Shown: positions 12,550-25,727, numbered from the whole stretch's first letter. The stretch: 63,336 nt of DNA, filler included, from Folioceros fuciformis (GCA_049999805.1; 4 parts of 4 records of this genome joined end to end with filler, not necessarily neighbours in it); one strand, 5' to 3'. Made by a program: numbers and translations. Notes: a model not told the origin generated them from the sequence alone.

Positions 12550-15500
12550 TGATCGGATAAATCCATACTTTTATATACAAGGGAATAGAAGCATATTTCT
12601 ATTCAAAATAATACATTACATAATTTGAACAAGTGTTACTTCTTATATACTAAGTAACCCTTCACTAAGTGCTCTTTGGATATACGAACCCTAATTGGTT
12701 ATAACATAGCCCTAACCCTAAGCGACAATAAGCTTATGCCCTAACACCCTCCCTTAAGCGTACGAGCTTAGAGAGGCATCCAAAGGTTAGTCACGAGGAG
12801 CGGGCACCGGCTGGTTGTGGGGATGATGCAATTACGCCCAACAACCTTCATTGAGTGCGCACCTATGCGCTTAATCTGGTAGGGATGGCTACAAGTATTG
12901 CGACAGGTTACACTACCTTCATCACAGCCATTTGCACTTGTGTGCAAATCCTCAGTCTATTGTTGGTGGCAGCCATGGCTCCCAAACGTAAGGCAAGAGG
13001 CGGGAAGGCTGCTAGCCCTATGTGTGAGCACGGTAGGAAAGGAAGAGGGAGGTAGAAAAATCAGCTGCCACGACCTGTTCCCCTAAAGGCTTAGGAGTGG
13101 GATGAACGCCATGTCCTAGGCTCATGTGTGACGGACGGTGGGTGGAAGATTACCCTTGAAGTTAAACTATGCTGGAGCAAGCCCGTGAGGGTGGAGGAGA
13201 GCTGCAACCTGCCAGCAGATGTGGGAGATAGCGCCTACTTGCTCAAACAACTTCACGAAGCAAAGAAGTTGCTCCAGCTACTCAAAGAGAGGCAAGAGAG
13301 GGAGAGGTGATCATCCAGCACCCAGGTCCCTTTCAAAACGTGGAGCTTCATCCACCTGCTGCTAGTATTAAAATACTGCTGTTACTACTGCTTAACAATC
13401 TACTGCTAATGAGCACACTGCTGCTGTGTAACCCTCCCTGTCTCATGACTGTAGGCAAAAACAGGAGACACCAGGCAGCTGGCAACAAAGCACAACTGTA
13501 ACAACATCAGAGGACTAGGTCCTCACCCGTAAGGCCCCCTCTCACTGTGCACTGAAGTATTGGTTGTAATTAAACAGTCCAAGGCCATCCATATGTTTTT
13601 GATGTTTGTCTTTAGGCAGGGCCTTTGTTAGGATGTCAGCTATGTTGCCATCAGTAGGCACATAAAGGATTTTAACAATTCCCCTCTCAGCTGCATCCCT
13701 AACATAGTGGTGGTGGATCTCGATATATTTCGTCCGTGCATGGAAGCAGGGGTTAGCCACCATGGTGATCACAGATTGGTTGTCACAAAAGAGGTGAGTG
13801 GGCCCATCCTGTGTCTCTCCTATATCCTTCAAGAATGCACGGTCCCATTCAACTTCTTTTGTGGCATCTGTAAGGGACTTATATTCAGCCTCAGTGCTGG
13901 ATAAGGCTATACTAGTCTGCTTCTTGTAGCTCCAGTTGACAGCTGCTTGGGACAAGAGGAAAGCATATATTCTGGAGTCACTATCAGAAGCCCAGTCAGC
14001 GTCAGTGAACCCTTGCAAAGATAAGTGCCTCTTACCACTGCTCCTGTAGCATAGGCCTATATGGTGAGTCCCTTTCAAGTATCGAAAGATTCTCTTTACG
14101 GTAGTCCAGTGGGCACGGCTAGGGTGCTCTAAGAACTATGAAACAGTGCTGACTAAGTGCTGGATGTCGGGTCGTGTCCAGTTACTAACAAAAATTAGAC
14201 TACCCACAACGTGACGATATAGAATGTCCTGCATGTCCAGTTGGTCAGCTTCAGTTGTGGCACATTCATATCTCATGAGCTTGGCACCTATTGCACCTGG
14301 AGTAGCTGCTGGATGTGCCTGGCCCATGTTGAACTTGTGCAGAATCTCTGTTATGTATTTATGCTGGTGTATTATGAGCAGTCCCTTAGAACGGACCCTT
14401 AACACCTGAATACCAAGGCAGAATAGGAGATATCCACTGTGTGTCATCTCAAATGTTTCCCTTAACATGTCCTTAAGGTGTGTGAGTAGGGATGTGTCGT
14501 TGGTTGCAAGTATCACATCGTCTACATAAAGGGCAAGAATCACGTAAGTATCCCCTTTCTTCAACACATACACATTTGAGTCTGCTTGGCATTGGCGAAA
14601 ACCAAGGCCTTTAAGAGCTTTGTCACAACGCTTATACCAGCGTTCTGCACTTTGCTTCAGCCCATATAAGCATTTGATTAACTGACACACGTAATCAGGA
14701 TGTGCAGGATTGGCATATTCTTTAGGCTGTTCCATACACAGCTCTTCCTCAAGGATGCCATGGAGGAAAGTAGTGCATACATCCATCTGCTGCAGTTCCA
14801 GATCATCCTCAGTTGCTAGGGCAAATATCAGCCTAAGGGATTGAGCACGAACTACAGGAGAGAATGTCTCCTGATAGTCCAAGCCAGCAATTTGTGTGAA
14901 ACCCCGAGCACATGAACGTTCTTTGTACCTTGCTATTTTTCCCTCTGCATTGAGTTTGTGTTTGAACATCCACTTACAAGTAATAGGTTTTCTATTGGTA
15001 GGCCTAGGAACCAGCTTCCATGTTCCATTTTTGATCAAGCTATTATATTCGTTGTCTACTACGATTTTCCATTTCTCCTTGTCTGGACCAATGAAAGCTT
15101 CTGTAAGGCTAATCGGCTCTATTGGAACAGGAGGGGGAGATATAACAGCTCCTGCATGACGGCGGAAATCAACAGATTGGTATCTTGGTTCCTTCCACTC
15201 TGAAGGTGGAGGTCTTGGGCGAGCTGATCGTCGTGGACTAGCATCTTCATCCACAAGAGGGGCCATAGCCATAGGATGAGGGATGTCAACAACCTCATGC
15301 CCGACATCTTCATCTATAGGTTGGCCAGCCTCTTCAAAAAGGTTTTGTTGTTCCTCCTGTGCTTCGTCATGATCATCATAGAATACATCTAGATCATCCT
15401 CAACATCTAGCAGTGGTGCAAGCTCCTGTTGTTGGTCAGGAGCAGCATCCAGGTCGCCTAGAGGGTCTGGAGGTGGATCTGCCATGTCTCCTAACACTTG

Positions 15501-18500
15501 TGGTTCAGGGTCAGCATCATCAGGGTAGAAGGAAAACAGTGCGACTGGTTTGTCAAGCTCATCATCAACACTAGTCATAGGTTCTAAGACGAGTCTACTC
15601 TTCTTATCAACAAGTTGAAAGGGTTCCACAAAGGTGACGCTTCTTGCTAGAACCAATTGTTGTGATGTTGGATCAAGCAGCTTATATGCTTTCACCTGTT
15701 TGGTGTAACCCATAAATGTTAAGTAGCGAGAACGATTGTCTAACTTCCTGTGCTTCTTTGCAGGGATATAAACATAGGCCTTGGATCCAAAAATCTTGAG
15801 GTGAAGGAGACTAGGTTTCCATTTCCAGACAAGCTCAAAAGGTGTGGCAGAGGCAAGGGGGCTAGTGGGCAGTTTGTTCAGTATGTACGTGGAGGTCACT
15901 ATAACTTCAGCCCAATAGGAAGAAGGTAAGCCTGCCCATAATAACATAGTTTGAGTCATACCCATCAGTGTTTGGTTTGTGTTTGGTTTTTACGTTCAAC
16001 AACTCCATTCTGTTGCTGCGTGTAAGGGACTATTAGCTGATGGATAATGCCTTGTTCTGCCAGGGAAAGGTCCATGTATATCGGGTATAATCATCAATAA
16101 TGGTCAAGTAGTATTCTGCCCCACCAAGTGAAAGAACCTAAAGACGGCAAGAGATGTCAGAGTGAACAAGGTCTAGAAGTTGTGAAGACCTGTGAGCCCC
16201 GTGGGCAGAAGGGAAAGGTTGCTCCTTTTGCTTGGCGAGGGCATAGGTCTCACAGAGTGGCAGTTCCTTCAAACCAGTAGGTAAGGGTTCCCTAAAAAGG
16301 TTTGACTTTGACATAGCAGCCATTGTGGTCCTATTAACATGCCCCAAAAGGGCATGCCGTAGGACAGATTGCTGCTTGGTTGTAAGGTTGCCTACACTTG
16401 CTGAATATGCCTTGTTCTTGTGACCAGGTAAACAGATGATGTCAAGACGATATAGATCATGATCTGGTATAGCCTTGAAGACACAAGTGGCTGGTGAAGC
16501 TTTCCTAAAGAAACAACAACAGTAATCGTGAGAGGTGAGCTCAAAAATCTTGAGCTGCAGAAGTTTGCTCAAGAACAGGAGGTTTTTGGCCATGTGTGGC
16601 ACAAAAAGCACGTCTGTGAGAGTCAGTATTGTCTCACCACTCAATTGAAAGTTGCAGCACCCTTGGCCTTGGATCTCCAGACTTGTGGCTTTTTGTTCAT
16701 CACCTAAGTATACCCTGTCAACAGTGGTGGAATACACTAGGGAACTGAACAAGGATACATCTCTACAAATGTGGGAAGTGGCACAAGAATCCAAGTACCA
16801 AGCTGTCTTGTCTTTAACAATTGCTATGGCTGTAGATCTGAGAGGCCTTTTAGGCTCGCTAGCTTTCTTCTTTCGACAATCACGAGCCCAATGGCCAGGG
16901 ATGCCACACAAATTACACGTACCTATACGCTTGGTTGAATTGGAATTAGAGGATCCTGCATCATTTCGAGAGCTTTGATTGTGAGGTGTTGTCCTTGGCC
17001 TGCCTCTTTGCCTTGGTCTACCATGGAAAGCAGTAAGTACTCTGTCAACTTTGGACTTGGACCCAGACCCTGACATGAGTCTGCTTTGCTCTTCTTGGAA
17101 CAGGGCACCAATCACCTCGTCTAAGGTGAGAGTTGAAGTTTTACCAGCAGCCTGAGCCTGCCGGATGGGGATATTATGCATAGAGAAAAAAATCTAATAA
17201 CTAGGAGGGAGACTTGTCAAGAGCTGTGCAATGACGTCAACTTCGTCAATTACAGTTCCAACAGCAACTAGCTGTGCACGGAGATGTCAGAGCTTGCTAG
17301 TGTGAGCAAGTACCTTATCTCCTTCCCTCATTTTCAGTCCATAGAATTCTTGTCTTAGTGTGTATAAGGTAAGAACATTTCTTACTTCGTATTGGTTGGA
17401 CAGCTGTTTCCATATCTCACTTGCTTTTGTGAGATGCTCAATTGCAGGAATCATGTCTTCTGTAATACCACCTACTAGGAGCGCAATGGATATACCATTG
17501 GCATGAGCCCATCTATCCTTCTCTCCCTTAGTCTTAAAGGGATCAGTTTCATGGATAGACCCATCCACTATGCCCCAAACACCTCTGGCTAGCAATGTAG
17601 ATTTCATTCTAACTCTCCAAACTTCATACTTATGCCCATTGAACCTGTCTTTTTCTTTCAATTCAGATGTGAATTGAAAGAAAAAGGGCTATTGTAGCCA
17701 GGAGGAGGAGGTGGGATAGTTCCCATCGTTTGAAAAGGAATGGGCACTATACTAAGTGTGTTAAGTTGTTGTGCAAGGAGATCGACAAGAGGATCCTGAA
17801 GATCTATTTATGAGCTAGAGCTGCTAAGGGACAAGGTATAAGCATCCTCGTGAGACATAGAAGAACTATCTGTCATGCGTGTGGACAGGAGCCAACAACA
17901 GGACTAGCCTACAAGCATTCTAGATGATACTGTTCAAGTCAAAACGAAATGGTAAGTATGAAACATTGCTCTAGTTGTTAGTTTTCTATTCATAAGTTTT
18001 GAAAGAAACCCTAACTAACCAACCATGTGACGGTTGATGTTGGCGAAGTGTCACGAGAGCAGGAAAGGTGCATTGCCTGGAGGCACCTCTTCCTGCGAAC
18101 AACCACGACGCTTGGCATCTGGGCTGCCACTGGCTCCTGCTGCAAAAAAATGATCACTTTTCTGCGTTTTGCCTTGCAGGATTAGGAAGCAGAGTAGGCA
18201 AATACAATGCAACAACAGGTTGCATAGCAGAGATTATTGTGTCCTGGCGATTCAAACTGCATATAACTTCTAGCAGATGAGAGAGCTCTTGGGTGAGCAT
18301 TTCCAGTCGTCTGTTGGTTTCTGTTGAAAAATAATCTATCATGTCGATGACTTGTATGTACAACAGTGCCGCATTCAAACCCTGTCTAGCAAGGAGTCTC
18401 AACAGAATTTCTTCTGTGTTGGCAAGTCTGTCACTTAGTACTCTATATGCTCCAATAATCTTAGGTAATCTTGGAGAATTGTCTAGAAATAATGTTGCAA

Positions 18501-19109
18501 TTTCTTGATGCTCTTCTCGTCCTAGATCTATGGGGGTGTAGATAGGGCCGCCGTCTTCCTCGAGATCTCTGGGAGCAGACTAATGCCTGTCTCTGTCATT
18601 TGCAAATCTATTCACCCTGTCAGATCGCCCTTGAGAAGACATTTTCCAGGAATTAGGAATTTAGGAATTGCTGTCATAATTTCCTCAACATTTTATTATT
18701 ATTATTATTGAGAATTGTTTGCAGAAGGAGCAACCTTGGCTTCATTAGAAACTCTCAGTTATTTAGAATAAATGTGAGATTTTGCTGAAGTCCCTATTGC
18801 TCTTCTTGAACACCAAATATTAAGCTTTAATAAATATACTTCAATTTCCCGTCATAGTCACCATCTTGGTCATTGCCTTAAGATGGACATCAAGAGCGGT
18901 GCTCTGATGCCATGATCGGATAAATCCATACTTTTATATACAAGGGAATAGAAGCATATTTCTATTCACAATAATATATTACGTAAATTGAACAAGTGTT
19001 ACTGCTTATATACTAAGTAACCCTTCACTAAGTGCCATTTGGATATACGAACCCTAACTGGTTATAACATAACCCTAACCCTAAGTGACGTTAAGCTTAT
19101 GCCCTAACA
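12550..19109 (-). mobile_element. Full-length Ty1/copia LTR retrotransposon with degenerate gag-pol (~13542-17726)
   Basis: 197-bp LTRs at 12550-12746 and 18913-19109 (TG..CA, about 12 mismatches by eye). TSD ATCTT at 12545-12549 and 19110-19114. PBS TGGCATCAGAGC at 18901-18912; PPT next to 12747. Gag, CCHC, WYLDS, integrase, QMDV/YVDD RT and RNase H motifs present. Confidence 0.96.
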
Positions 19110-20744
19110 ATCTTATTTTCCAAGACTTTAGCAATCACTTTGTAAGTGGTTGTTAGCAACATAATGGGCCACCAATTGAAGATGGAGAGACTAGCATTCT
19201 GTTTAGGCAAAAGGGAAACGAGACCCAAGTTAAACCATTGACCCATACTACCCTCCTCCCACACCATGTTGATAGCCTTCATAAACAACAGACCCATAGA
19301 GTCCCACCCCCATCAAAGAAATTCATGAGGAATGCCATTATGCCTTCGTGATTTTTTCCTTGGCATCTCCTTCAAAGCTTGAAACACCTTAGTGGCCGAG
19401 ATAGGCATGTTAAGCACTAGGCTGTGGACCTCTAACACTTTCACATGAAAGTGCCCATATGTTGAGCTCCAAAACTGCTCCCAGCCTACCATCTTCCCAA
19501 TACTTGAGAAGATTCCTACATAGAACCAAGTGATGAGTTTTTTCAAACCACTTAACGAATCTTGCTTAGTGCCGTAGGCGTCCGGTAGACCAAGGATTCT
19601 TGACTTGTGTTGATTTGCTGCGACCTTGTCAAAGAAGAATTTGGAGGATCAGTCCCCTTCTTGCACCCACTTTACTTAAGCGCATTTATACCAACACCTA
19701 GCTCTATCCTCTTCTAGCTTAGCAAGCTCACATTGAAGTTCAATCTGTTTATTCTCTTCATCACTAGACAGCCCACGAACCTGTTCCACTATTTGCACAT
19801 GGCCCAACTCATCTCGTAGGAAGTCATGACGCTGGCATTGTTCCTTCTTTCGCTTTGCACCTAACTGCTTCAGGAAGGTAGTGGCTTGATTGTTTGCGCA
19901 AATAAGCCTCCATACTGTAGGCTCACACCCCTGTTGTTCTCCTCGTTATATGCTCTTGATATATTTATACACGCCATCTCCCGCGACAAGGGATGTATTC
20001 ATCCTACAACCTTTCCTATCTCTCTGTTGCATATCAGTTCCTGAGGACACCTGTGGATGCAAGTTAATTGCGTGATGGTTTGATAACACTGTTCCGGCTA
20101 GGATATTGTACCTCTAGACCAAGGGTAGCCACCCCATGGGGATATAGAATCAGTCCAGCCTTCAAGCCCCAAAAGAAGCCTGTTGCTGATTGGACCAACT
20201 AAACATGAAGAAATCTTGATAGCGATGTGCAAGGAGGGCAAGCCACAAGTCTTGCACATTTAGATTAGTGGTGTTTGTTAAGGTGTATTAACATGGCTTT
20301 CCAAGCATTGGAAGGGGCCTTTTGAAAGAAGATGTCCATGGGGAACCTACAATAGTTTCAAGTCACGTCCTAACATGAACTCCTTGCATCTACTTCTAAT
20401 GCTAGGCTTCCTCTTACAATGAGAGGTGAAGGCTTTCTACAATATGATCTTTTTCGAGTGTGTGTTATCACTTCCTTTCAACATGGTGCTAATATTGCTT
20501 TACCATAATATCAAATATGCATATGCGAAGGAAGATATTATAATTTTGTTTTTCCCTATATGTCTCCATGAGCGGCACTATTATATTTTGTGGTCATTTT
20601 TCTTGGAGTACTTGTATTGCGAGCTTGTATAGAGATACCTCTAGCTCCCACTCATGGCCAAACAGTCAGTCCCAACCTATGTCTTTAACTAGAAGCCACC
20701 CAAACCTCAATCTTGCTTTCTAATTAAGATAGCTACAAAAGTGC

Positions 20745-20871
20745 TAGCTGGCAACGCTTAATTATTCTAGCCTTCTCTATCATGAATGAAGGGTTTCTAG
20801 GTAAGATAGATACAAAATTGCAAGCTAGCAATGCTTAATTATTTTAGCCTTCTCTATCATGAATGAAGGGT
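20745..20871. repeat. Direct repeat, two copies of ~50 bp
   Basis: (ct)ggcaacgcttaattattctagccttctctatcatgaatgaagggt occurs twice with a few mismatches. Confidence 0.75.
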
Positions 20872-21774
20872 ACACCTCCCCCCAACCCGCTACATTCTAA
20901 AAACCTATGGCACCCACACTCCCTTCCCTTGAGACCACAATACTAGGATTTCTTTGACAACTAATTTGAATGCTCATTGGTGCACTGGCCTTGCTCCTCC
21001 ACTTTCTCTTATGCTATCCTACACTCGCGTAGGATAGAAAAACTATTATGGAATAGACTAAAAAGAAGTATATATGAGACACATATGTACATATGAGCTA
21101 GAGCGATTGAAACTCTCTGAATTGCATGAAAGATCAGACCAAAGGATTGAAGTCATCGATCAATCTCAATACACAAATGTGATAGGAGGTAACAAGAAAT
21201 TGACCAGCAAGAGTGCAGAGCTTGAAAGAGAGAACTCAGAATTAAGGTAGCGAGGAAAGATAGGAAAACCATAGGGGAAAATAATGTGAAACTCGTCTTT
21301 ATAGAAGGAAAGCTTGGGTGAGAGGGTAGGGGCAAACGAGAGGGGGTTCTAGGTAGGGCAAAGGTGGTAAGACAACTTTATGTCACGACGGATAAGGTGA
21401 TTGTGTGACCAAGCCTTGATGGCTTTGATTAAGTCATGATGCAAAAGGTAGATAACAAATAGTACAAACTTGTAAGACGTTTGGTGCTCATGCTCATATG
21501 CTGTTATAACCTCAATGATCTTTGTCTATGACAAAGGTGTTTTTTTAGATAAGATACTCGCGGGAGTCTAGAGAGTGGAACATGGACATGGATTATTAAA
21601 CTTTCATATTAAACTGTTGTTTTTTTTTGTGAAGAAGGTGATAGATTATAGAGGGAGAAAGAGGTCTAAAAGTATAAAAGCTTTGAAATGTGTTTAACAT
21701 CAAACTTCTCACTAAAACTAAGTTTTTTTTTCAAAAATTTTGAAAGTTGTCGAAAACACAATTTCATGTTCACA

Positions 21775-21992
21775 TACCGCAATTTTCACATAAAAAATAG
21801 AGATGAGGAGCCGTGTCTTTTTCTTAGGAGCCCTTATTCAAGTCTACCGCAATTTTCACACCATCAAAAATAGAGATGAGGAGCCGTCTCCTCTTTTTAG
21901 GAGCCCTTATTCAAGGCTACCGCAATTTTCACATCATCAAAAATAGAGATGAGGAGCCGTCTCCTTTTCTTAGGAGCCCTTATTCAAGGCTA
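21775..21992. repeat. Tandem repeat, ~70-73 bp x3
   Basis: Unit taccgcaattttcaca..aaaaatagagatgaggagccgt..ttaggagcccttattcaag.c repeated three times. Confidence 0.9.
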
Positions 21993-23065
21993 AATCCTGC
22001 AAGGATAAGCATGGACGAGGAGACATAACCAAGTGAATGATGCCTATGGAGAGGAATTTGCCTTGAAGGATAGGAGGGGACATAGGACAAACAAAGGGGG
22101 ACTAGAAGAGACTACGTAGAGGTTTGCACTTAACAAATGTGGTGATGACATAGCTGAGTTAGATTCATGTGATGGGGAGGAAGGACCAACAATGTTTTGC
22201 AAGAGGTTTCTTGTGCATGGGATGAAGAAGATAACTCACCCTCTAGAATATTAGTAGAGAAGATGTAGACGCGTAGGACAATGACAGCCCACCTTGCATG
22301 GAAGTGACAAAGAAGGGGAAGGAGCCTTTACATTTGAAGATACGTGAGGATGGAAAAGAAGGCTTTGCAAACTTGTGGCTATGTGCAATAGGAAATGACA
22401 AGCACGTGTGTGGCTACGACATATAGTCTATCAAAGGAAGGGTAATTAGATCAAAGGCAATGACGGAAAGGAAAACAAGCACAAACTCAACAACCTAGAT
22501 GATGGCTAGACTCAAAGGTAGTAGAGTGGAAATGTTAAAACTAGTGAGTGACATTGTACATATGGCAAATGTGTTGTCGGAAGAGGATATTATCCCCATT
22601 TGAGTTGTGCAAGGAGGAAGGGTGGTTATAATGAACTCTAAAACTCGTACATCAAGCTATAATATGTGGCCCTGGCATGTAATAGTAAGGGTTTTATTAT
22701 GGCCAAACTTCCGAAGTACTCTTCTATGAAGCAATAAAGCACATAATCATCCCGTTGTCATCAACATCTATGGGGTCGTGGGCAAGGCTGATTCTAAGTC
22801 TTTGAAGGTTTGTGTGAGAAAGTGTAATAACCTCAAGAATGAGATTAGCCTATGCCTTTCATGCATTGAAACTTTCTGCCAACAAAAGGTAACTGCATCC
22901 CTTCTACAAACATTGGCTAATGCAACTTATAGATGAATAGCAACTACACCCTCATGATTTAATTCCCTTTCAAAGATTTTTCCCTCTATCTTCGAGTAGG
23001 TTGCTCATTTAATCTTTTTATTGTGATTATGTCTTCATCCTTTTCTCTCTCTCAATGTAATTCTT

Positions 23066-23165
23066 NNNNNNNNNNNNNNNNNNNNNNNNNNNNNNNNNNN
23101 NNNNNNNNNTTAATTAATTAANNNNNNNNNNNNNNNNNNNNNNNNNNNNNNNNNNNNNNNNNNNN
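23066..23165. other. Artificial contig-joining spacer
   Basis: N-run with a central TTAATTAATTAA (stops in all frames), 100 bp in total. Confidence 0.95.
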
Positions 23166-24134
23166 CGTTGGCTGTTTCTTGGACCTTTCTTGCACCTTGA
23201 TTCGTGTGCCGCGTGTTCCCTTGGCGCCCGCCAGGCTCCCTAACCAGTTGCTTGAGAGCGGGTGTAGAGAGCGAGAAGGGAATTTGGTATCCTGGCTCAC
23301 GTCGCCAGCTAGGGGTCGGTTCCGCGCTTGAAGGCCTCCTCGTTCCTGGGTATTTGCGCTGGGTTTCCGGTGGGAACGAAATCCTGTCACCTTATGATAC
23401 TGCGTCCATCAAGAATTGGTTGAACCCGTCGTCGGTCTTCATCGATTTGGTGCCTGGCGGTTCTCTTTGTTCGTGGTACGTCATCCGTTTTTCCAGCCCT
23501 GTTGATTGGTGTTCTGGCCAGATTGGCATCATCAGAGCCAGGGCAAGTAGCACCTCCATGTTCGATAGGCTAGTCGTGGAGGGACTTGTGAATGATGCGT
23601 AAAGCTTCGTGCCCTCGTGCTGCCGCTCATGTCTCCACTCTTGCATAGGATGGCCTTTTGCTGGTTATTGCACAGCTGACTGTTCTAGTTCGTAGCCTAC
23701 AGCTGATCTTTAAACACGTCGCGCCTTCCAAATTGTTTTGAGCAACCAGCATGGAGTGCTTAGTTTAGTTCAGGTGTGTCGTGGTGTGTAACTTCTATTT
23801 GAATCATACGGTTGACGGGATTGCTCGCGACGTTGTCGGCTGCAGTCTTCTTGGCCGGGGGATTGTGTCCGGATCGAAGGGATTTGGGTTGAACACCTTG
23901 CATAATCCCGATGGGCCTTTGATAGTAACGTCAGACATGCTCAGAACTCAGAGTTGAACATTACTCCGATACATTGACATTTGCGCAAATTTTTGCTTAC
24001 CATTTGCCGTTCTTTGAAGCAACCACGGTAGTCAGGAAACTGTGAGAAAACAAGTAAGGCCGCTAAACCTCGTCTTTGTGTCTCTGGGGCAGCACGAAGC
24101 TAGGGAGGAGATTGCTGAAGCCAAGGCGACCACT

Positions 24135-25043
24135 ATGACGAAATCTCTCGTGCAGCCTGTGTTTGTGAATTCCCCTTCCACCTTCGTGGATTCTGGGTGC
24201 ACCAGGGTTGGGGCGCGGTTCAAACAGAAAAGCTTGGATAATCTCTGTCTTTCTTCACCCTTTCTTGACATGTCGGGGATATCGAGGTTGAAAAGGGAGG
24301 AGCGAGAAACAGCGATGCAGGTGAAATCTGCCAGACCTACTGTGGAGGCAAGACTTTTCGGACCGGCCCTGTTTGAAGCCTCCAAGTTGAGCGTTCTGTT
24401 CCTAGGGGTGGACAAAGGAGATCTTCAACTTCGGCCCCGCATCTACACCCTCACTCACAGCGACATCACTGCCAAGCTAACGCTCGCTATTTCAGAGGAG
24501 ATCAACAAGGCTCAACTGAAGGGTTGGTATAGCAGTTTCCAAAGAGATGAAGTCCTTGGTGAGTGGAAGAAAGTGAAGGGTCATATGGCTCTGCATGTGC
24601 ACTGCCACATCAGTGGAGGCAATTTCTACCACAACATGATAGCCAATTTCCGCTACTACATCTTTCGCAAGGAGCTGCCTGTGGTTTTGGCGGCTTTTCT
24701 TCATGGTGACAGAGAATTCTTCGAGAAGCACCCGCAGCTGGAGCAGTCCTTGGTCTGGGTTTATTTCCACTCAAACGTGAAGAAGTACAATAAGCTTGAG
24801 TGTTGGGGTCCCCTCGTAGAAGCTGCTAAGCGCACATGCTTGTCAGCAAAGGAAGCAATTCATCGGGCGATGGAGGGTGCTTTAGAGGTCCCTCAATGGC
24901 CCAAGCAGCTGAGGCCACGCAGCATGTGCGCCTACCCGTGTGAGTGCTGCTCTCGACATGGCAGCTCCATACCCTTGCCGGAATCTTTTGCCATGCTAAG
25001 ACAGGAGCACCAGGATGGTTCAGCAGCTGATGTGAAGTCATAA
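24135..25043 (+). CDS. SGR: STAY-GREEN magnesium dechelatase (SGR1 type), intronless CDS
   Basis: Motifs ARLFGPALFEASKL.VLF, PRIYTLTHSDITAKLTLAI, QRDEV..EWKK, LHVHCHISGG, RYYIFRKELP and YFHSN..YNKLECWGPL. C-terminal Cys motif P-x3-C-x3-C-x-CC. Ser/Thr/basic N-terminus fits a transit peptide. Start codon placed by inference. Confidence 0.94.
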   Translation: MTKSLVQPVFVNSPSTFVDSGCTRVGARFKQKSLDNLCLSSPFLDMSGISRLKREERETAMQVKSARPTVEARLFGPALFEASKLSVLFLGVDKGDLQLRPRIYTLTHSDITAKLTLAISEEINKAQLKGWYSSFQRDEVLGEWKKVKGHMALHVHCHISGGNFYHNMIANFRYYIFRKELPVVLAAFLHGDREFFEKHPQLEQSLVWVYFHSNVKKYNKLECWGPLVEAAKRTCLSAKEAIHRAMEGALEVPQWPKQLRPRSMCAYPCECCSRHGSSIPLPESFAMLRQEHQDGSAADVKS

Positions 25044-25456
25044 AACACCCGGATCTGGTTGATGTGTACAGATTCTTTTAGTGGTAGAGGTTGTTCTTTC
25101 TGCAGCTTCTTACAGGTGTATCAAGCAAGAGGTGCTTCTATGAGCGTCACCGAAGTTTGTGCACTTTGGGAGAAAACCCTACATGGTCTTATGCTGTGGT
25201 AAATGTCACTCAAGTTGTGCTGAGAGAACCATTGTGAGTATGTAGTTGCCCGGGTATTGGTTCCTTAGATGTACAAACCACATAGTCAATGAACTTGAAA
25301 GCAGTATGTTATCTGATTAGAAATGGCTGGCCTTCATTCAAAAATGTATAATTATTGTGATTCATGTACTCTTCTTAGCACTCCTCATGCACTCCTATAT
25401 ACCTTCTTCTCTAGCCCAGGAATTTTTGATATATGGCATGTTACAGTGGGCGTATG

Positions 25457-25590
25457 TTCTTTTCTTTGTCTCAAGAATAAGAATTAGAATTCTTTTTTTT
25501 GTCTCAAGAATAAGAATTAGAATTCCCTTCTTTGTCTCAAGAATAAGAATTAGAATTCTTTTCTTTGTCTCAAGAATAAGAATCAGAATC
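25457..25590. repeat. Tandem repeat, 33 bp x4
   Basis: Unit ttctttgtctcaagaataagaattagaattctt. Confidence 0.92.
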
Positions 25591-25727
25591 TAGGTGAGTA
25601 TTTGATAATTATATAAATATTTTTATTTTTATTTAAAAAATTTTTAAATATTTATAAATTCTGCACAAAGCTTCTGAACATAGGGCACCTTTACCATCAC
25701 CGGCCAAGCAGCACAACTAACATATCA

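Larger units (their letters stand above)
5618..20330 (-). mobile_element. Degenerate L1-type LINE (ORF2 EN-RT-zf-RVT) split into three pieces (5618-7778, 11896-12549, 19110-~20330) by two copia insertions
   Basis: EN remnant RLD.FY..VLSNHH at ~20070-20170. RT motifs SLLPK..NWWPIMLL..YKVIAKVLENK|INPF..QQGFVQNR, FVDDT and HKY|LGLP. zf-RVT region IPPKVRVTIW..EHLFF. Minus-strand poly(A) at 5618-5627. Reading frame rejoins across both insertion sites. Confidence 0.88.

Noticed and set aside
21775-21992. CRISPR-like appearance of repeats here and at 25457-25590 and 60818-60947
   Set aside because: Head-to-tail repeats with no unique spacers and no cas genes; ordinary minisatellites.
23066-23165. 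Palindromic TTAATTAATTAA recurring three times
   Set aside because: Always centred in 100-bp N-runs, so it is an assembly linker. Adjacency across these points cannot be trusted.
23166-23646. ORFs upstream of SGR on both strands
   Set aside because: Short, truncated by the gap, and without recognisable homology.
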